This document shows, in pieces, positions 23,075-34,147 of a DNA stretch of 64,000 bases. Where the stretch lies: contig NC_083237.1 in NCBI RefSeq assembly GCF_032191835.1, positions 1,116,001 to 1,180,000 on the forward strand, written 5' to 3'. Position numbers and translations under genes: made by a program. Each line of letters opens with the position of its first letter. The stretch's first letter is position 1. The notes beneath the pieces are model-generated. The model was not told the origin of the DNA and did no database searches. It saw only the letters and a program-made list of their open reading frames with translations. The stretch is from Heteronotia binoei (lineage: Eukaryota).

Positions 23075-23324
23075 GTTGGTGCTGGCGGGGTTGGGGGGCA
23101 GAGGCTGGGGGTCAGCAACCTTTTCTAATCAGAGATCCAAACTGCAGAAACGTTTGGAGCAAGAGATCAATCAAGAGCCAGGAGAAGAAAGCCCGTCTGC
23201 ATACTGTCAGTCATGTAACTTCACAGGACCAGTCGTTAACCTGGGGATTACTAAACTGTGGTTTCCACAACTCAAGCTGTGGTTTTGCCATGAGTGTTTT
23301 ATTAGGAAGCACACACACACACAT

Positions 23325-24412
23325 ACTGTGGCTAATAGCCACTGATGGACCTCTGCTCCATATTTTTATCTAACCCCCTCTTGAAGCTGGCTATGCTTGT
23401 AGCCGCCACCACCTCCTGTGGCAGTGAATTCCACATGTTAATCACCCTTTGGGTGAAGAAGTTCTTCCTTTTATCCATTTTAACCCAACTGCTCAGCAAT
23501 TTCATAGAATGCCCACGAGTTCTTGTATTGTGAGAAAGGGAGAAAAGGACTTCTTTCTCTACCTTCTCCATCCCATGCATAATCTTGTAAACCTCTATCA
23601 TGTCACCCCGCAGTTGACGTTTCTCTAAGCTAAAGAGTCCCGAGTGTTTTAACCTTTCTTCATAGGGAAAGTGTTCTGAACCATTAATCATTCTAGTTGC
23701 CCTTTTCTGCACCTTTTCCAGTGCTATAATATCCTTTTTGAGTGTGGTGACCAGAATTGCACACAGTACTCCAAATGAGACTGCACCATCGATTTATACA
23801 GGGGCATTATGATACTGGCTGATTTGTTTTCAGTTCCCTTCCTAATAATTCCCAGCATGGCGTTGGCCTTTTTTATTGCAATTGCACACTGTCTTGACAT
23901 TTTCAGTGAGCTCTCTACCACGACCCCAAGATCTCTCTCTTGGTCAGTCTCTGCCAGTTCACACCCCATCAACTTGTATTTGTAGCTGGGATTCTTGGCC
24001 CCAATGTGCATTACTTTGCACTTGGCCACATTGAACCGCATCTGCCACGCTGATGCCCACTCACCCAGCCTCAACAGATCCCTTTGGAGTTCCTCACAAT
24101 CCTCTCTGGTTCTCACCACCCTGAACAATTTAGTGTCATCCGCAAACTTGGCCACTTCACTGCTCACTCCCAACTCTCAATCATTTATGAACAAGTTAAA
24201 GAGCATGGGACCCCGTACCGAGCCCTGCGGCACCCCACTGCTTACCGTCCTCCACTGCGAAGACTGCCCATTTATCCTCACTCTCTGCTTCCTATTACTC
24301 AGCCAGTTTTTGATCCACAAGAGGACCTGTCCTTTTACTCCATGACTCTCAAAGCTTTCTAAGGAGCCTTTGATGAGGAACTTTATCAAAAGCTTTCTGG
24401 AATGTCCCGGCA
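23325..24412 (-). mobile_element. CR1 LINE RT fragment (about 1.1 kb) in SRRT intron, antisense
   Basis: [47 protein letters not shown]; broken by frameshifts/stops. Confidence 0.93.
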
Positions 24413-24705
24413 TAAACCTGCTCGTGGCTCACTCCTGCGTTCCTGGCAGCTCTTGCTCCTTCTCCTTTCCTTCCCCGTAAAGCAGCTCCGGGAAGCCCTT
24501 CAGTCCCATGCAGATCTGAACCTCCCCTCCTCTTCAAGTGCTGCCTTGCCCAGCCCCCCGTCCCACTGAAAGCTTTCCCTTTCTTCTTTTTGTTCCGGGC
24601 TGAGCCCCGTTTGGCTCTCGAGCTGCCCAAAGCCTGGCGTCCCCTGCGGAAGAAGCAAGCAGACAAGAGTCCGGATCCCCAGCTCACTCCTGCTTCTCTC
24701 CACAG

Positions 24706-24781
24706 GATGGTCCGAGGAGACCCGCGTGCGATTGTAGAGTACAGAGACCTGGATGCCCCGGAAGACGTGGATTTCTTCTGA
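24706..24781 (+). CDS. SRRT: SRRT last coding exon
   Basis: [24 protein letters not shown]; TGA ends 24781. Confidence 0.97.
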
Positions 24782-24904
24782 GTGAGAAGCCCCACTCCCC
24801 AAGCGCTTCCCTGCAGGTTGGGCTCCTTGTGGCTTCTGTGTGTTCCCCTCCCCTCCATGGCCTCTTTTTTGTACATTTCATTTTCTCCGTTCCAAGTAGA
24901 TTTC

Positions 24905-24910
24905 AATAAA
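24905..24910 (+). terminator. SRRT: SRRT polyadenylation signal AATAAA
   Basis: First AATAAA 124 nt after the stop codon. Confidence 0.8.
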
Positions 24911-25291
24911 CTCATTTGGACACGTTTTGAAGTTACAGCTGTATTTAAACACACACAAGACACCATGTGGATTTGCTGGCCAATTCTGCACAGCCTTTCC
25001 CACGCTCCAGTTTCAACAGGCCTTAGTGGGGCTGGGAGGACCTCTGTTTCTTCTCCCCCACTGGCTGTCAGGCTGGTCTGACCAGCTCACTTAGCCAGTG
25101 TCTGAACTGTGAAGAGGGGGGTTTGGCCACGTCTGTCTTGTTTTATGGGTGGGGTGGGAGAAGGAGCCTGGAGGCAGCCCTGTGCAGCTGGCCAGCAATG
25201 AGGCTCTGGGAGCTGAATGGAACCTGCCAGGCTTTCTCACCTGCCGTCCTGCACGCAGCAAGGCGTGCCCAGGTGCTGTCCAGGTGTCCAT

Positions 25292-26215
25292 GGAGCCAGT
25301 TTGGTGTAGTGTTTAAGTGTGTGGACTCTTATCTGGGAGAACTGGGTTTGATTCCCCACTCCTTCGCTTGCACCTGCTGGAATGGCCTTGGGTCAGCCAG
25401 AGCTCTCCTAGGAGTTGTCCATGAAAGGGCACCTTTTGGCAGAGCTCTCTCAGCCCCACCCACCTCACAGGGTGTTGTGGGGGGAGAAGACATAGGAGAT
25501 TGTGAGCCGCTCTAAGTCTCTGATTCAGAGAGAAGGGTGGGGAGAACCAGGTTTGATTCCCTACTCCTCCACTTGCAGCTGCTGGAATGGCCTTGAGGTC
25601 AGCCATAGCTCTCATAGGAGTTGTCCTTGAAAGGAAAGTTGCTGGGAGAGCTCTCTCAGACCCACCCACCTCACAGGGTGTCTGTTGTGGGAGGAGTGTC
25701 AAGCATGCGGCTTCAATGAGGAGTCGAGTTTGATACAAAACTATATTTATTGATAGACCGATACTTTCAGTGTAACAGATTCTTGAGAGTGATGCTAAAG
25801 ATACATTGATACAATACTTTGAAGGCATACTTCAAAAAGATTCCAAAAGGTGGGGGCGAGGGATGCGCTCTCACACATAAACTATCATAAGTGTCTACAT
25901 TCTCATGGCGTTATCAGAACTCTGTCCTTGCTTTCCCCAGACCTAACAGGAATGTATGGGAAGGTACTGATTACTCTTTCTCAAGTTAGTTTCGTTTCTC
26001 TCTACTTCTAATTTGCAAGCAATAAAGTAAGAAGGGGGAGGGGGAAAGAATAACGGAGTTAACAGGCCTTGGTCCTCCATGATATTTCACAGGCCAGCTT
26101 TATGGGGACCCTAAAACAATTAATTACCAGTGGAATTCTACCAGGCCTGACAGGGAGGAGATTGTGAGCCGCTCTAAGTCCCTGATTCAGAGAGAAGGGC
26201 GGGGTATAAAACTGC
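25292..26215 (+). mobile_element. Squam3-like SINE dimer, second copy split by a 456-bp insertion
   Basis: SINE sequence resumes at 26153 (GGGAGGAGATTGTGAGCCGCTC). Confidence 0.75.
25697..26152 (-). mobile_element. Solo-LTR-like or unclassified 456-bp element, TGTCA...TGACA
   Basis: Imperfect 11-bp inverted ends; minus-strand AATAAA at 25751-25746; flanked by direct GGGAGGAG. Confidence 0.6.
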
Positions 26216-26480
26216 AGCATGGCTTCAGAGAGGTCACAGGAATTCCCCCCACCCCAGGTGGGACTGCGGGGGCGAGCCAATGCTGCCAACCAGGCTCGGT
26301 GTGGGACTGGGGGGGGGACGAGCCAAGTCAGCTGAGGCCCCTGTTCCGCTGCTTTGGGCCAGGCCAGAACAGAGATGCAGGAGCTGCTTGTTCGTAGAAG
26401 GAAGCCAGGGCAAGCTGCCCATGGGGCAGAGAGGAGAGCCCTCTGTTCTGACCCAGCACGACAGGGCACTTCTCTCATGC

Positions 26481-26932
26481 TCAGGCCTCCTTCCCTTGGC
26501 GAGGGCTCCAGAGCCCCTTCCACACCTCCTCCATCCTTTTCGGGGGGATCCCGTGTACAGTGAAAGACTCCCGGTACACCTGGAGTTCATCTTTGGGGGC
26601 TCCCCACACTCTGAAGCGCTTCTCGTGGGAAAAAGACAGGCCAGCGGCCAGAACCAGAAAGCCTAAGTACACATCGTCGAGGGGAAAGACGGGCAGCCGC
26701 AGCGATGCCTGGTAGAGTGCAGGGACCAAGGAGCCGGGCAGGACGAAGCCCCCGCCAGAAGCGAAGTGGGGGTAGTGCTCCAGAGGGTAGAGGGTGCGAG
26801 AGACGCTGTACTTCCCTCGCCTCATCACGGCCGCGTGGCGCTGGATGTTGCCGTGGATGAAGAGGGAGGCGTTGGGCAGATGCCGGAGGTATCCAGTCAG
26901 GGCCTGGGGATTCATAAAGAGATCGTCGTCCC
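26481..26932 (-). CDS. GT31 glycosyltransferase coding exon 2 (DDD motif to stop); full protein 343 aa
   Basis: Acceptor TTTGCAG|GG completes FKG-DDDLFMN; YPHFASGGGFV and FPLDDVYLG family motifs; reading frame intact. Confidence 0.9.
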
Positions 26933-27354
26933 CTGCAAAGGGCAACGGGGTTTGTTTAGAGGCAGTCTGGGGTTAAGAGGAGGGAGGGACTTCTTAGAAG
27001 CAGGCAGGGGAGAGGCTGGCAGGCAGAAGGTCCCGGGTTCAATTACCGGCGGCAGAATCTCCAGTCAAGAAGGACCAGGTTCTGGGTGGTGGGAAAGAGA
27101 CCCTGGAGGGAGAGCTGCTGCCAGCCTGAGTTGACAAGACTGCCCATGACAGGCTGAGGGGCTGGCTCAGCTGAAGATCAAGAAGGCCACCCTGGACTTT
27201 CAGGACGAGATTGGGGTGGGGGGGTGGATGTGCTAAGCTAAAGGACTAGGAGCAGAGGCGCGGAGGAGACAGCGGTGACCCCAGACAGCTTCCTACAGTC
27301 AGATGAAGCCTGGAATTATTTCAAGGGGGGGGGCAGGGACTAGAACTGGATACT

Positions 27355-27785
27355 GCCCCACCTCTAAGACCAACCAATTTTTATTCAGAACGTCAGCTTT
27401 CGTGTGCTCTTAAGCACACTTCATCCGACGATGAATCCAGCACAGTGAGCAGAGCCATACAAGTTAAATGGTACAATGACAGAATAACAAATTAACCATT
27501 TGTTAATTTTACTATTCTGTCATTGTACCATTTTGCATTCTAAACCGCTGCCTGCCAGATAATTTTACTTCACTGTCATTGGTTCTTAAATCTGTGCCAT
27601 GTTGCATTCTGGGCCACTGCCTACCAACTATGTGTGGCTTTGATCTGCTGGATGCCTCGTCTGAGGAAGTGTGCTTAAGAGCACACGAAAGCTCACATTC
27701 CAAATAAAAACGGGTCGGTCTTAAAGGTGCCACCAGCCTCCTGCTTTGTCCAACTGCTTCAGACCAACACGGCTGCCTGCTTGGA
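27355..27785. mobile_element. Penelope-like fold-back remnant with two hammerhead-core motifs
   Basis: Plus core CTGAGGA-A-GTGTGC-TTAAGA-GCACAC-GAAAGCTC 27661-27694; minus core about 27395-27427 (CGGATGA, mutated). Confidence 0.75.
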
Positions 27786-28146
27786 TTTTTCCCACCTCTA
27801 TTTCCCTTTAAGCAACAGGGCGTGAAGTCCAGGTTTGCTTTGACTGTCGCCACCCACACTCCCCGTGGAGCAGGCCGTCCTGGACACTGCTCCCACCCAC
27901 CTTTCCAGGGCTCCAGTAAAGAGAACACTGGTTCCACTTTACAAGGCTGTTAGGGCAACGAAGAATGGATCTCTGCATCTTTGAAATGTAAAATTCAGCT
28001 GAGGCAGGCAGGGAGAGTTTCAAAGGCATTTCGGGGAAAGGTGAACACGTATTGAAGTGGCCTCTATGTCAGAAAGGTCCCTCCGCTGTGCCGTCGTGAG
28101 GGCCACCTGCGCTCCACCCCATCAGGACCCCCTCCCCTTTTTTTAC

Positions 28147-28726
28147 CTTTGAAGACGAATGCAGCTTGCCGGCAGTGCGTGTGGAGCCATTGAAGGAAAC
28201 AGCGCTCTTTGAGGGACAAGTTGTGGTGAGATTCGAGAAAGTCCCACAGCACCACATCCCTGAAGTGGCTGCTCTCCTGCCGCACCAGGCTGAGGTGTCT
28301 GGCGTCGGGGGTCTTGGCCATCAGGAAAAGGGGCTGCAGCCGGTAGCCCCCCGCCACCCCCGCCCGGGCCCAGGTGCGTCTCAAGGCAGCCCTTCTCCCG
28401 CTGGAGGCGGGATGGGATTTCACAGCCAGGAGGAACAAGGGGAGGCCGCCCGCCCGCTTGCACACCCCGGCCTCAGCAATCACCGCACGGCAGAGGTGGC
28501 GCTGCAGCTGGGGGAACTGGGCTTCGTAGCAGCTCAGGTTGAGGTGGAAAGTGAAGGTCCCGTCACTCAAGGTGACGGACTGGCGGTGGGAGAGGGGGAG
28601 GGTCGGCCGAAGGGGAGGAGGCAGCCGCTGGGTCTGCAGAGTGAGGTGGTAGGAGTACAGGAAGAGGGCAACCAGGACCCCCAACTGCACCCAAAGGTGG
28701 CATCTCCATCGCACTCCCGGTAACAT
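28147..28726 (-). CDS. GT31 (beta-1,3-GlcNAc/Gal transferase, B3GNT/B3GALT-like) coding exon 1
   Basis: MLPGVRWRCH, hydrophobic anchor LWVQLGVLVALFLYSY, LFLLAVKS..RRAALRRTW, ESSHFRDVVLWDFLESHHNLSLKE, FVFKG; acceptor TTCCCAG one base before ATG; donor G|GTAAAA at 28147. Confidence 0.88.
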
Positions 28727-28914
28727 CCTGGGAAGCAGAAGAAGGTAGTGATTGGGGTGGGTGGAGGTCTGTTCTTTCCCTCCCACTCCGAGGCTATAGA
28801 TGTTATTTAGAGTCCGTCTTTCTCACAAGGAATCCAGGCACCGTACACAGAGCGAGTCTGTACAACCCACAAAATGGTACATTCAAGAAGCAATGCATTA
28901 AGACTAAGTCTGAG

Positions 28915-29870
28915 TCCAGTGGCACCTTTAAAGCCAACAAAATCTTATTCAAGGTTGGAGCTTTCATGCACGCACTCACCTCCTCAGATATATAGAAATG
29001 GAAAGTAATAGTCCAAGCTTAAATACAGAGGTTAAATAGCAAAATAGTATGTAATGATGATGTTCTATGTGGAGATGAAACAGGAATAACAAGTTTATAC
29101 GGTCAGCATTGTTTGGATTTAATTAAGGGGGAACAACATGCAACAATAAAAACGTCAAAACAGGAGATAAATGTGTAGAAGCATCCTTTCTAAATGTGGG
29201 AAGTTAACTGAGATTCTTGTAGAGTTGCCAAGTCCAATTCAAGAAATATCTGGGGACTTTGGGGGTGGAGCCAGGAGGCTGTGACAAACATAATTGAACT
29301 CCAAAGGGAGTTCTGGCCATCACATTTAAAGGGACAGCACACCTTTTCAACACCTTCCTTCCACAGGAAATCATGAAGGATAGGGGCACCTTCTTTTGGG
29401 GCTCATAGAATTGGACCCCCCGGTCCAATCTTTTTGAAACTTAGAGGGTATTTTGGGGAGAGGCACAAGATGCTATACTGAAAATTTGGTGCCTCTACCT
29501 CAACAAACAGCCCCCCCCCAGAGCCCCAGATATCCGCAGATTAATTCTCCATGATTTTCTATGGGAATAAATCTCCATAGGGAATAATAGAGTTCCCAGC
29601 AGACATTTCCCTCCCCTCCCCCCCCCCACTTTCTGATGACCCTGAAGCAGGGGGGAGGGCCTCCAAACCAGGGGATCCCCTGCCCCCACCTGGGGATTGG
29701 CAACCCTACTCTGTTGCTCTAAGTTTGAACTGTTACCTTCGGTTCTCTTGCATCTGAGGAAGTGGGGCCTGCCCGGAAAAGCTCATACCTGGAATAAAAC
29801 TTTGCTGGGTCTTTGGAGAGCCGGACTGGACTCCCAGGCTTGTTCTGCTGCTTCAGACGGACACATCTGC
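28915..29870. mobile_element. Degenerate Penelope-like fold-back remnant interrupted by a DNA-transposon-like element (29221-29707)
   Basis: GGCACCTTTAAAGCCAAC..AGCTTTC left; CTGAGGAAG..GAAAAGCTC..GAATAAAAC right; insert ends AGAGTTGCCAA / TTGGCAACCCT. Confidence 0.55.
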
Positions 29871-31100
29871 CTACCTCAGTCCATCACAGCGCATTTGGAT
29901 TGTAGACATCGGGACCCACCAGAGAGAACTGGAGCAGAGCATAAGAATCCAGACAGCACATTAAGCGCAGACAGAAATCACACGACGAGATGTAGCAGGA
30001 GAGACCACAGCCCCAGTCTGTCATCCACGTTGCTGTGTGCAGCCCAGATTAACTTTGGCAGAAAAGCCCACTTGAACCAGGGAATGTCCCCCAGTCTCCA
30101 CCACAGGGGAGGGTGAACTTTCCTAGCCTCCTCAGACAGGACAGGCTGTTCCCCAAGGCGGGAACCACAACAGAGGACGCACAGGGGACAGACAGTGATC
30201 CATGGGCAGGCTGGTGGTCCCCGCAGAAGCCCCATTGAAACGAGCAAAGCTGTTGCGGCCAAGCCCCGGGCAGAGGGAGGCCCAATGTCTCTCAGCAAAC
30301 AGGTCCCTGTTTACCTGCATCCCCCGGAGCCCTTGACGTTGCTTCTCAGGCCTCCCAGGTTCTCCTTCCCATCAAGAGGAGGCTCCTCTCCTCTTTGCCG
30401 GCCTCCTCCTGCTCCTCCCAGCACTGCGGGTGGTTCTTCCCTGAAGGGCTGCTCGCTCTGGGGCATCTGGCCTTCGGGAAAGGAAGGGGAAGCCCCGCCT
30501 TTCCAGCCCTGTTTGTTTTCCCTCCAAGGCTACAGCTTAACAACTGTGGGTGGGGGGGGGGGGGACCAGGAGCTGGACTCGACAGGAACGCAGGTGAACT
30601 GGCAAAGCAAGACAGGTGAAGTCAATGCCTCTGCCTGCCGAAGAAGGTGGCAGCCTGTCAAACGCGCTCATATCTGTACTGCATTTTTCTAGAAAGAGAG
30701 CAGGTCACCAGCTCTCCATTTCTCCCCCTCCCCTTATTTACGGCCAGTGGGCAAGTAAATATCTATCTGGCCCTAGGATGTCTATGCTACAGCCTGGCTG
30801 AAGTTACCTTCAAGTCGTCTCTCCCACAGTTTCACACAGACAACCCTTATCTCTTCCCAGAGTAGTGTGAGAATGTTTGAGGTTTCCAATAGTCTAAAAT
30901 TCCTTAGTAATAAAATAGATAGTTGTTAGTAACCTTTGAACCCGTGACTCAAGTAGGCATCTGTATGTTAACCTTTGATGATATCCTATATAGCAACTGT
31001 GTAACTGTTTGTACGTCATTACTCCCAAGGCTTGTGTCCTTGGTACGGCTCCTGAGTTTCTAACAATAAACCTACTTTTGATTTAAAACAAATGACTAGT

Positions 31101-32370
31101 TAAGAACATAAGAGAAGCCCTGTTGAATCAGGCCAATGGCCCATCCAGTCCAACACTCTGTGTCACATAAGAAAATAAGAGAAGCCATGTTGGATCAGGC
31201 CAGTGGCCCATCCAGTCCAATACTCTGTATCACATAAGAACATAAGGGAAGCCCTGTTGGATCAGGCCAATGGCCCATCCAGTCCAACACTCTGTGTCAC
31301 ATAAGAACATAAGAGAAGCCATGTTGGATCAGGCCAGTGGCCCATCCAGTCCAACACTCTGTGTCACATAAGAACATAAGAGAAGCCATGTTGGATCAGG
31401 CCAGTGGCCCATCCAGTCCAACACTCTGGGTCACATAAGAACATAAGAGAAGCCATGTTGGATCAGGCCAATGGCCCATCCAGTCCAACACTCTGTGTCA
31501 CATAAGAACATAAGAGAAGCCCTGTTGGATCAGGCCAGTGGCCCCTCCAGTCCAACACTCTGTGTCACATAAGAACATAAGAGAAGCCATGCTGGATCAG
31601 GCCAAAGGCCCCTCCAGCCCAACACTCTGTGTCACATAAGAACATAAGAGAAGCCATGTTGGATCAGGCCAATGGCCCATCCAGTCCAACACTCTGTGTC
31701 ACATAAGAACATAAGAGAAGCCATGTTGGATCAGGCCAGTGGCCCATCCGGTCCAACACTCTGTGTCACAGAAGAACATAAGAGAAGTCATGTTGGATCA
31801 GGCCAAAGACCCATCCGGTCCAACACTCTGTGTCACATAAGAACATAAGAGAAGCCATGTTGGATCAGGCCAATGGCCCATCCGGTCCAACACTCTGTGT
31901 CACATAAGAACATAACAAAAGCCATGTTGGATCACGCCAATGGCCCATCCAGTCCAACACTCTGAGTCATATAAGAACATAAGAGAAGCCATGTTGGATC
32001 AGGCCAATGTTCCATCTAGTCCAACACTCTGTGTCACATAAGAACATAAGAGAAGCCATGTTGGATCACGCCAATGGCCCATCCAGTCCAACACTCTGAG
32101 TCATATAAGAACATAAGAGAAGCCATGTTGGATCAGGCCAATGTTCCATCTAGTCCAACACTCTGTGTCACATAAGAACATAAGAGAAGCCATGTTGGAT
32201 CCAGCCAATGGCCCATCCAGTCCAACACTCTGTGTCACATAAGAGAAGCCCTGTTGGATCAGGCCAATGGCCCATCCAGTCCAACACTCTGTGTCACATA
32301 AGAACATAAGAGAAGCCATGTTGGATCAGGCCAGTGGCCCATCGAGTCCAACACGCTGTGTCACATAAGA
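31101..32370 (-). repeat. Tandem array, 19 x about 67 bp, unit = CR1 3' UTR terminus
   Basis: Unit CATAAGAACATAAGAGAAGCCATGTTGGATCAGGCCAATGGCCCATCCAGTCCAACACTCTGTGTCA is the reverse complement of 18370-18439. Confidence 0.92.
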
Positions 32371-33167
32371 GCTATGGCTGACCCAAGGCCTTTCCAGCAG
32401 CTGCAAGTGGAGGAGTGGGGAATCAAACCCGGTTCTCCCAGATGAGAGTCCGCGCACTTAACCACTATGCCAAACTGGCTCTCCCAGTACCAGCTCTGGT
32501 CATGCTCTCCCCCGGTGAACTCCCCAGCTCCCCTCCCCTTCCCACCAAGTCCAGGCATTTTGTTCTAACCTGTTGCCATGGGGTGCGGTTCCCTTTGACC
32601 ATCACATGCGAACTTGGAATTGTGCAATCAACTCTCACAGCTTGGGAATTCATGGCCAATCATTCCCCTCATGTCAGTTGTGAAATCTGGCTTGCATTTA
32701 CAGGGCAGGCAGGTGTAGCTATAAAACAGAAAGCAGCTTTGCTTTGGGGCGGGGTGGCTCAGGTCCCAACACAGCCTCTTAGTAACAGCCAAGTCACTAC
32801 AATTGCTGCGTAGCGGCCAGAGATGCAAAGTAGAAAAAAAAAACACTGGAGGGTGGGAGGTGGGACTGATTTCAGGCTGCTGCAGGAGCACGCAAGCTGC
32901 TGAGTTCCACAGACCTCTTCATTGGGCAAAGCAGAAGGGGACATCTAAGGCAGGGAAGGATGCAGTGCAAATAATCTGGTCATTTGAGGCCTGACTTGCC
33001 CTTCGCACCCCTGTGCTTTCACGTGTCTATTTCACCTAATAAAGAGATCTGTGAAACTCAGACGCTGGCCTGCTAAAGCAAAATTTTCCTTGCTTTGCAC
33101 TAGACACACAGGTCTGCAGTTCTATGCCACCCTAGGATTAGATTCAGCCATTCTGCAATACTGTGAC

Positions 33168-33362
33168 CAGTGTTCCCGCTAAGCTGAATTAGCGTGAGCT
33201 AGCTCACAGATATTTAGCCTCCAGCTCACATATTTTTGTCTTAGCACAGGAAGGATGACCCCCAGAGCACACTAATTGATGCAGGAGCTCACAACTTGAA
33301 TGCCAGCAGCTCACAAAGTAGAATATTTGCTCACAAGACTCTGCAGCTTAGAGGGAACATTG
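33168..33362. mobile_element. MITE with CAGTGTTCCC(T/G)CTAAGCTG termini; related copies about 10826-11240 and 39432-39605
   Basis: Terminal inverted repeat CAGTGTTCCCGCTAAGCTG / CAGCTTAGAGGGAACATTG. Confidence 0.65.
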
Positions 33363-34147
33363 CTTATGTTCCAGAGGGAAACAGCAGACCAAGGGTGCAA
33401 ATCAGAAGTGGGAAAGCGTGCCAAAGAGCCTCCAGGAACTGCAAGGGCTGGCCTGCTTTCCTAGCATCTTCACAGCCGAATACTGATTTGAACCCGGGTC
33501 TTCCCAACATTCCTTGTCTCTCTCTGACCCTGTCCTCCAAACTTCCCCCCGTTAGCCGGATCCTCGCTCATGACTTGAGCATCTCTCCTGATGAGCGGAA
33601 AAGATATAAAGGGGAGGGGGACACAATGATCCCCCCAGGGTGTCAGGCATTCAAATGCCTTTGCCAGAACGTGCAGAAATATCCATGACAAATCAGTCCG
33701 CTGGAGAAGGGCCAGCCACTGCTTGCCAACTTTTGGGGGGCGGGGCTTTAGACTGGCATCCTTTGAAACTTTCCCCACATTTGAACAAAACACCATGGCC
33801 AAGCAGCCTCAGAGACGCCTCCACTTCCTCCTGAGGAATCCTCTCCAGGGTTTCAGCACTTCCTGGTCTGCGGGCTCAGCTTCTGACAGCCTCTGAACGG
33901 ATTTGGGCCAGTGCCAGCACACAGCCCCTCGCTGGTTCTTCCCCCGCAGTCCAGATGGGCAGGGCTCATCTGTGCTTCAGATACCAGGCAGCTGGGGCTC
34001 AGGCCAGACTCTGCCATTCCCTCCAAGCCCCCCCCCCCAAAAGGTAAGTCCCGGCCAACTCTCTGAACCCTGCTGCCTGTCCCGCAATGGCCCCTTGGCT
34101 TAGGGGGCTGGCAGTTCACAGCCACAAAAGGCGACAGTTCTGCTAGA

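Larger units (their letters stand above)
5812..24781 (+). other. SRRT: SRRT (serrate/ARS2) gene, coding span; 19 coding exons, 2571 nt = 856 aa + stop
   Basis: Exons joined by hand; all introns GT-AG and phases consistent. Peptides [23 protein letters not shown]..., [46 protein letters not shown], ...[14 protein letters not shown] match ARS2. Confidence 0.97.

Noticed and set aside
30860-31100. AT-rich block with AATAAA before the 67-bp array
   Set aside because: Could be a LINE or LTR 3' end but has no diagnostic motif, ORF or TSD that I can support.
31101-32370. Regular repeat array resembling CRISPR
   Set aside because: No unique spacers, no cas genes, vertebrate DNA; the unit is the CR1 3' UTR.
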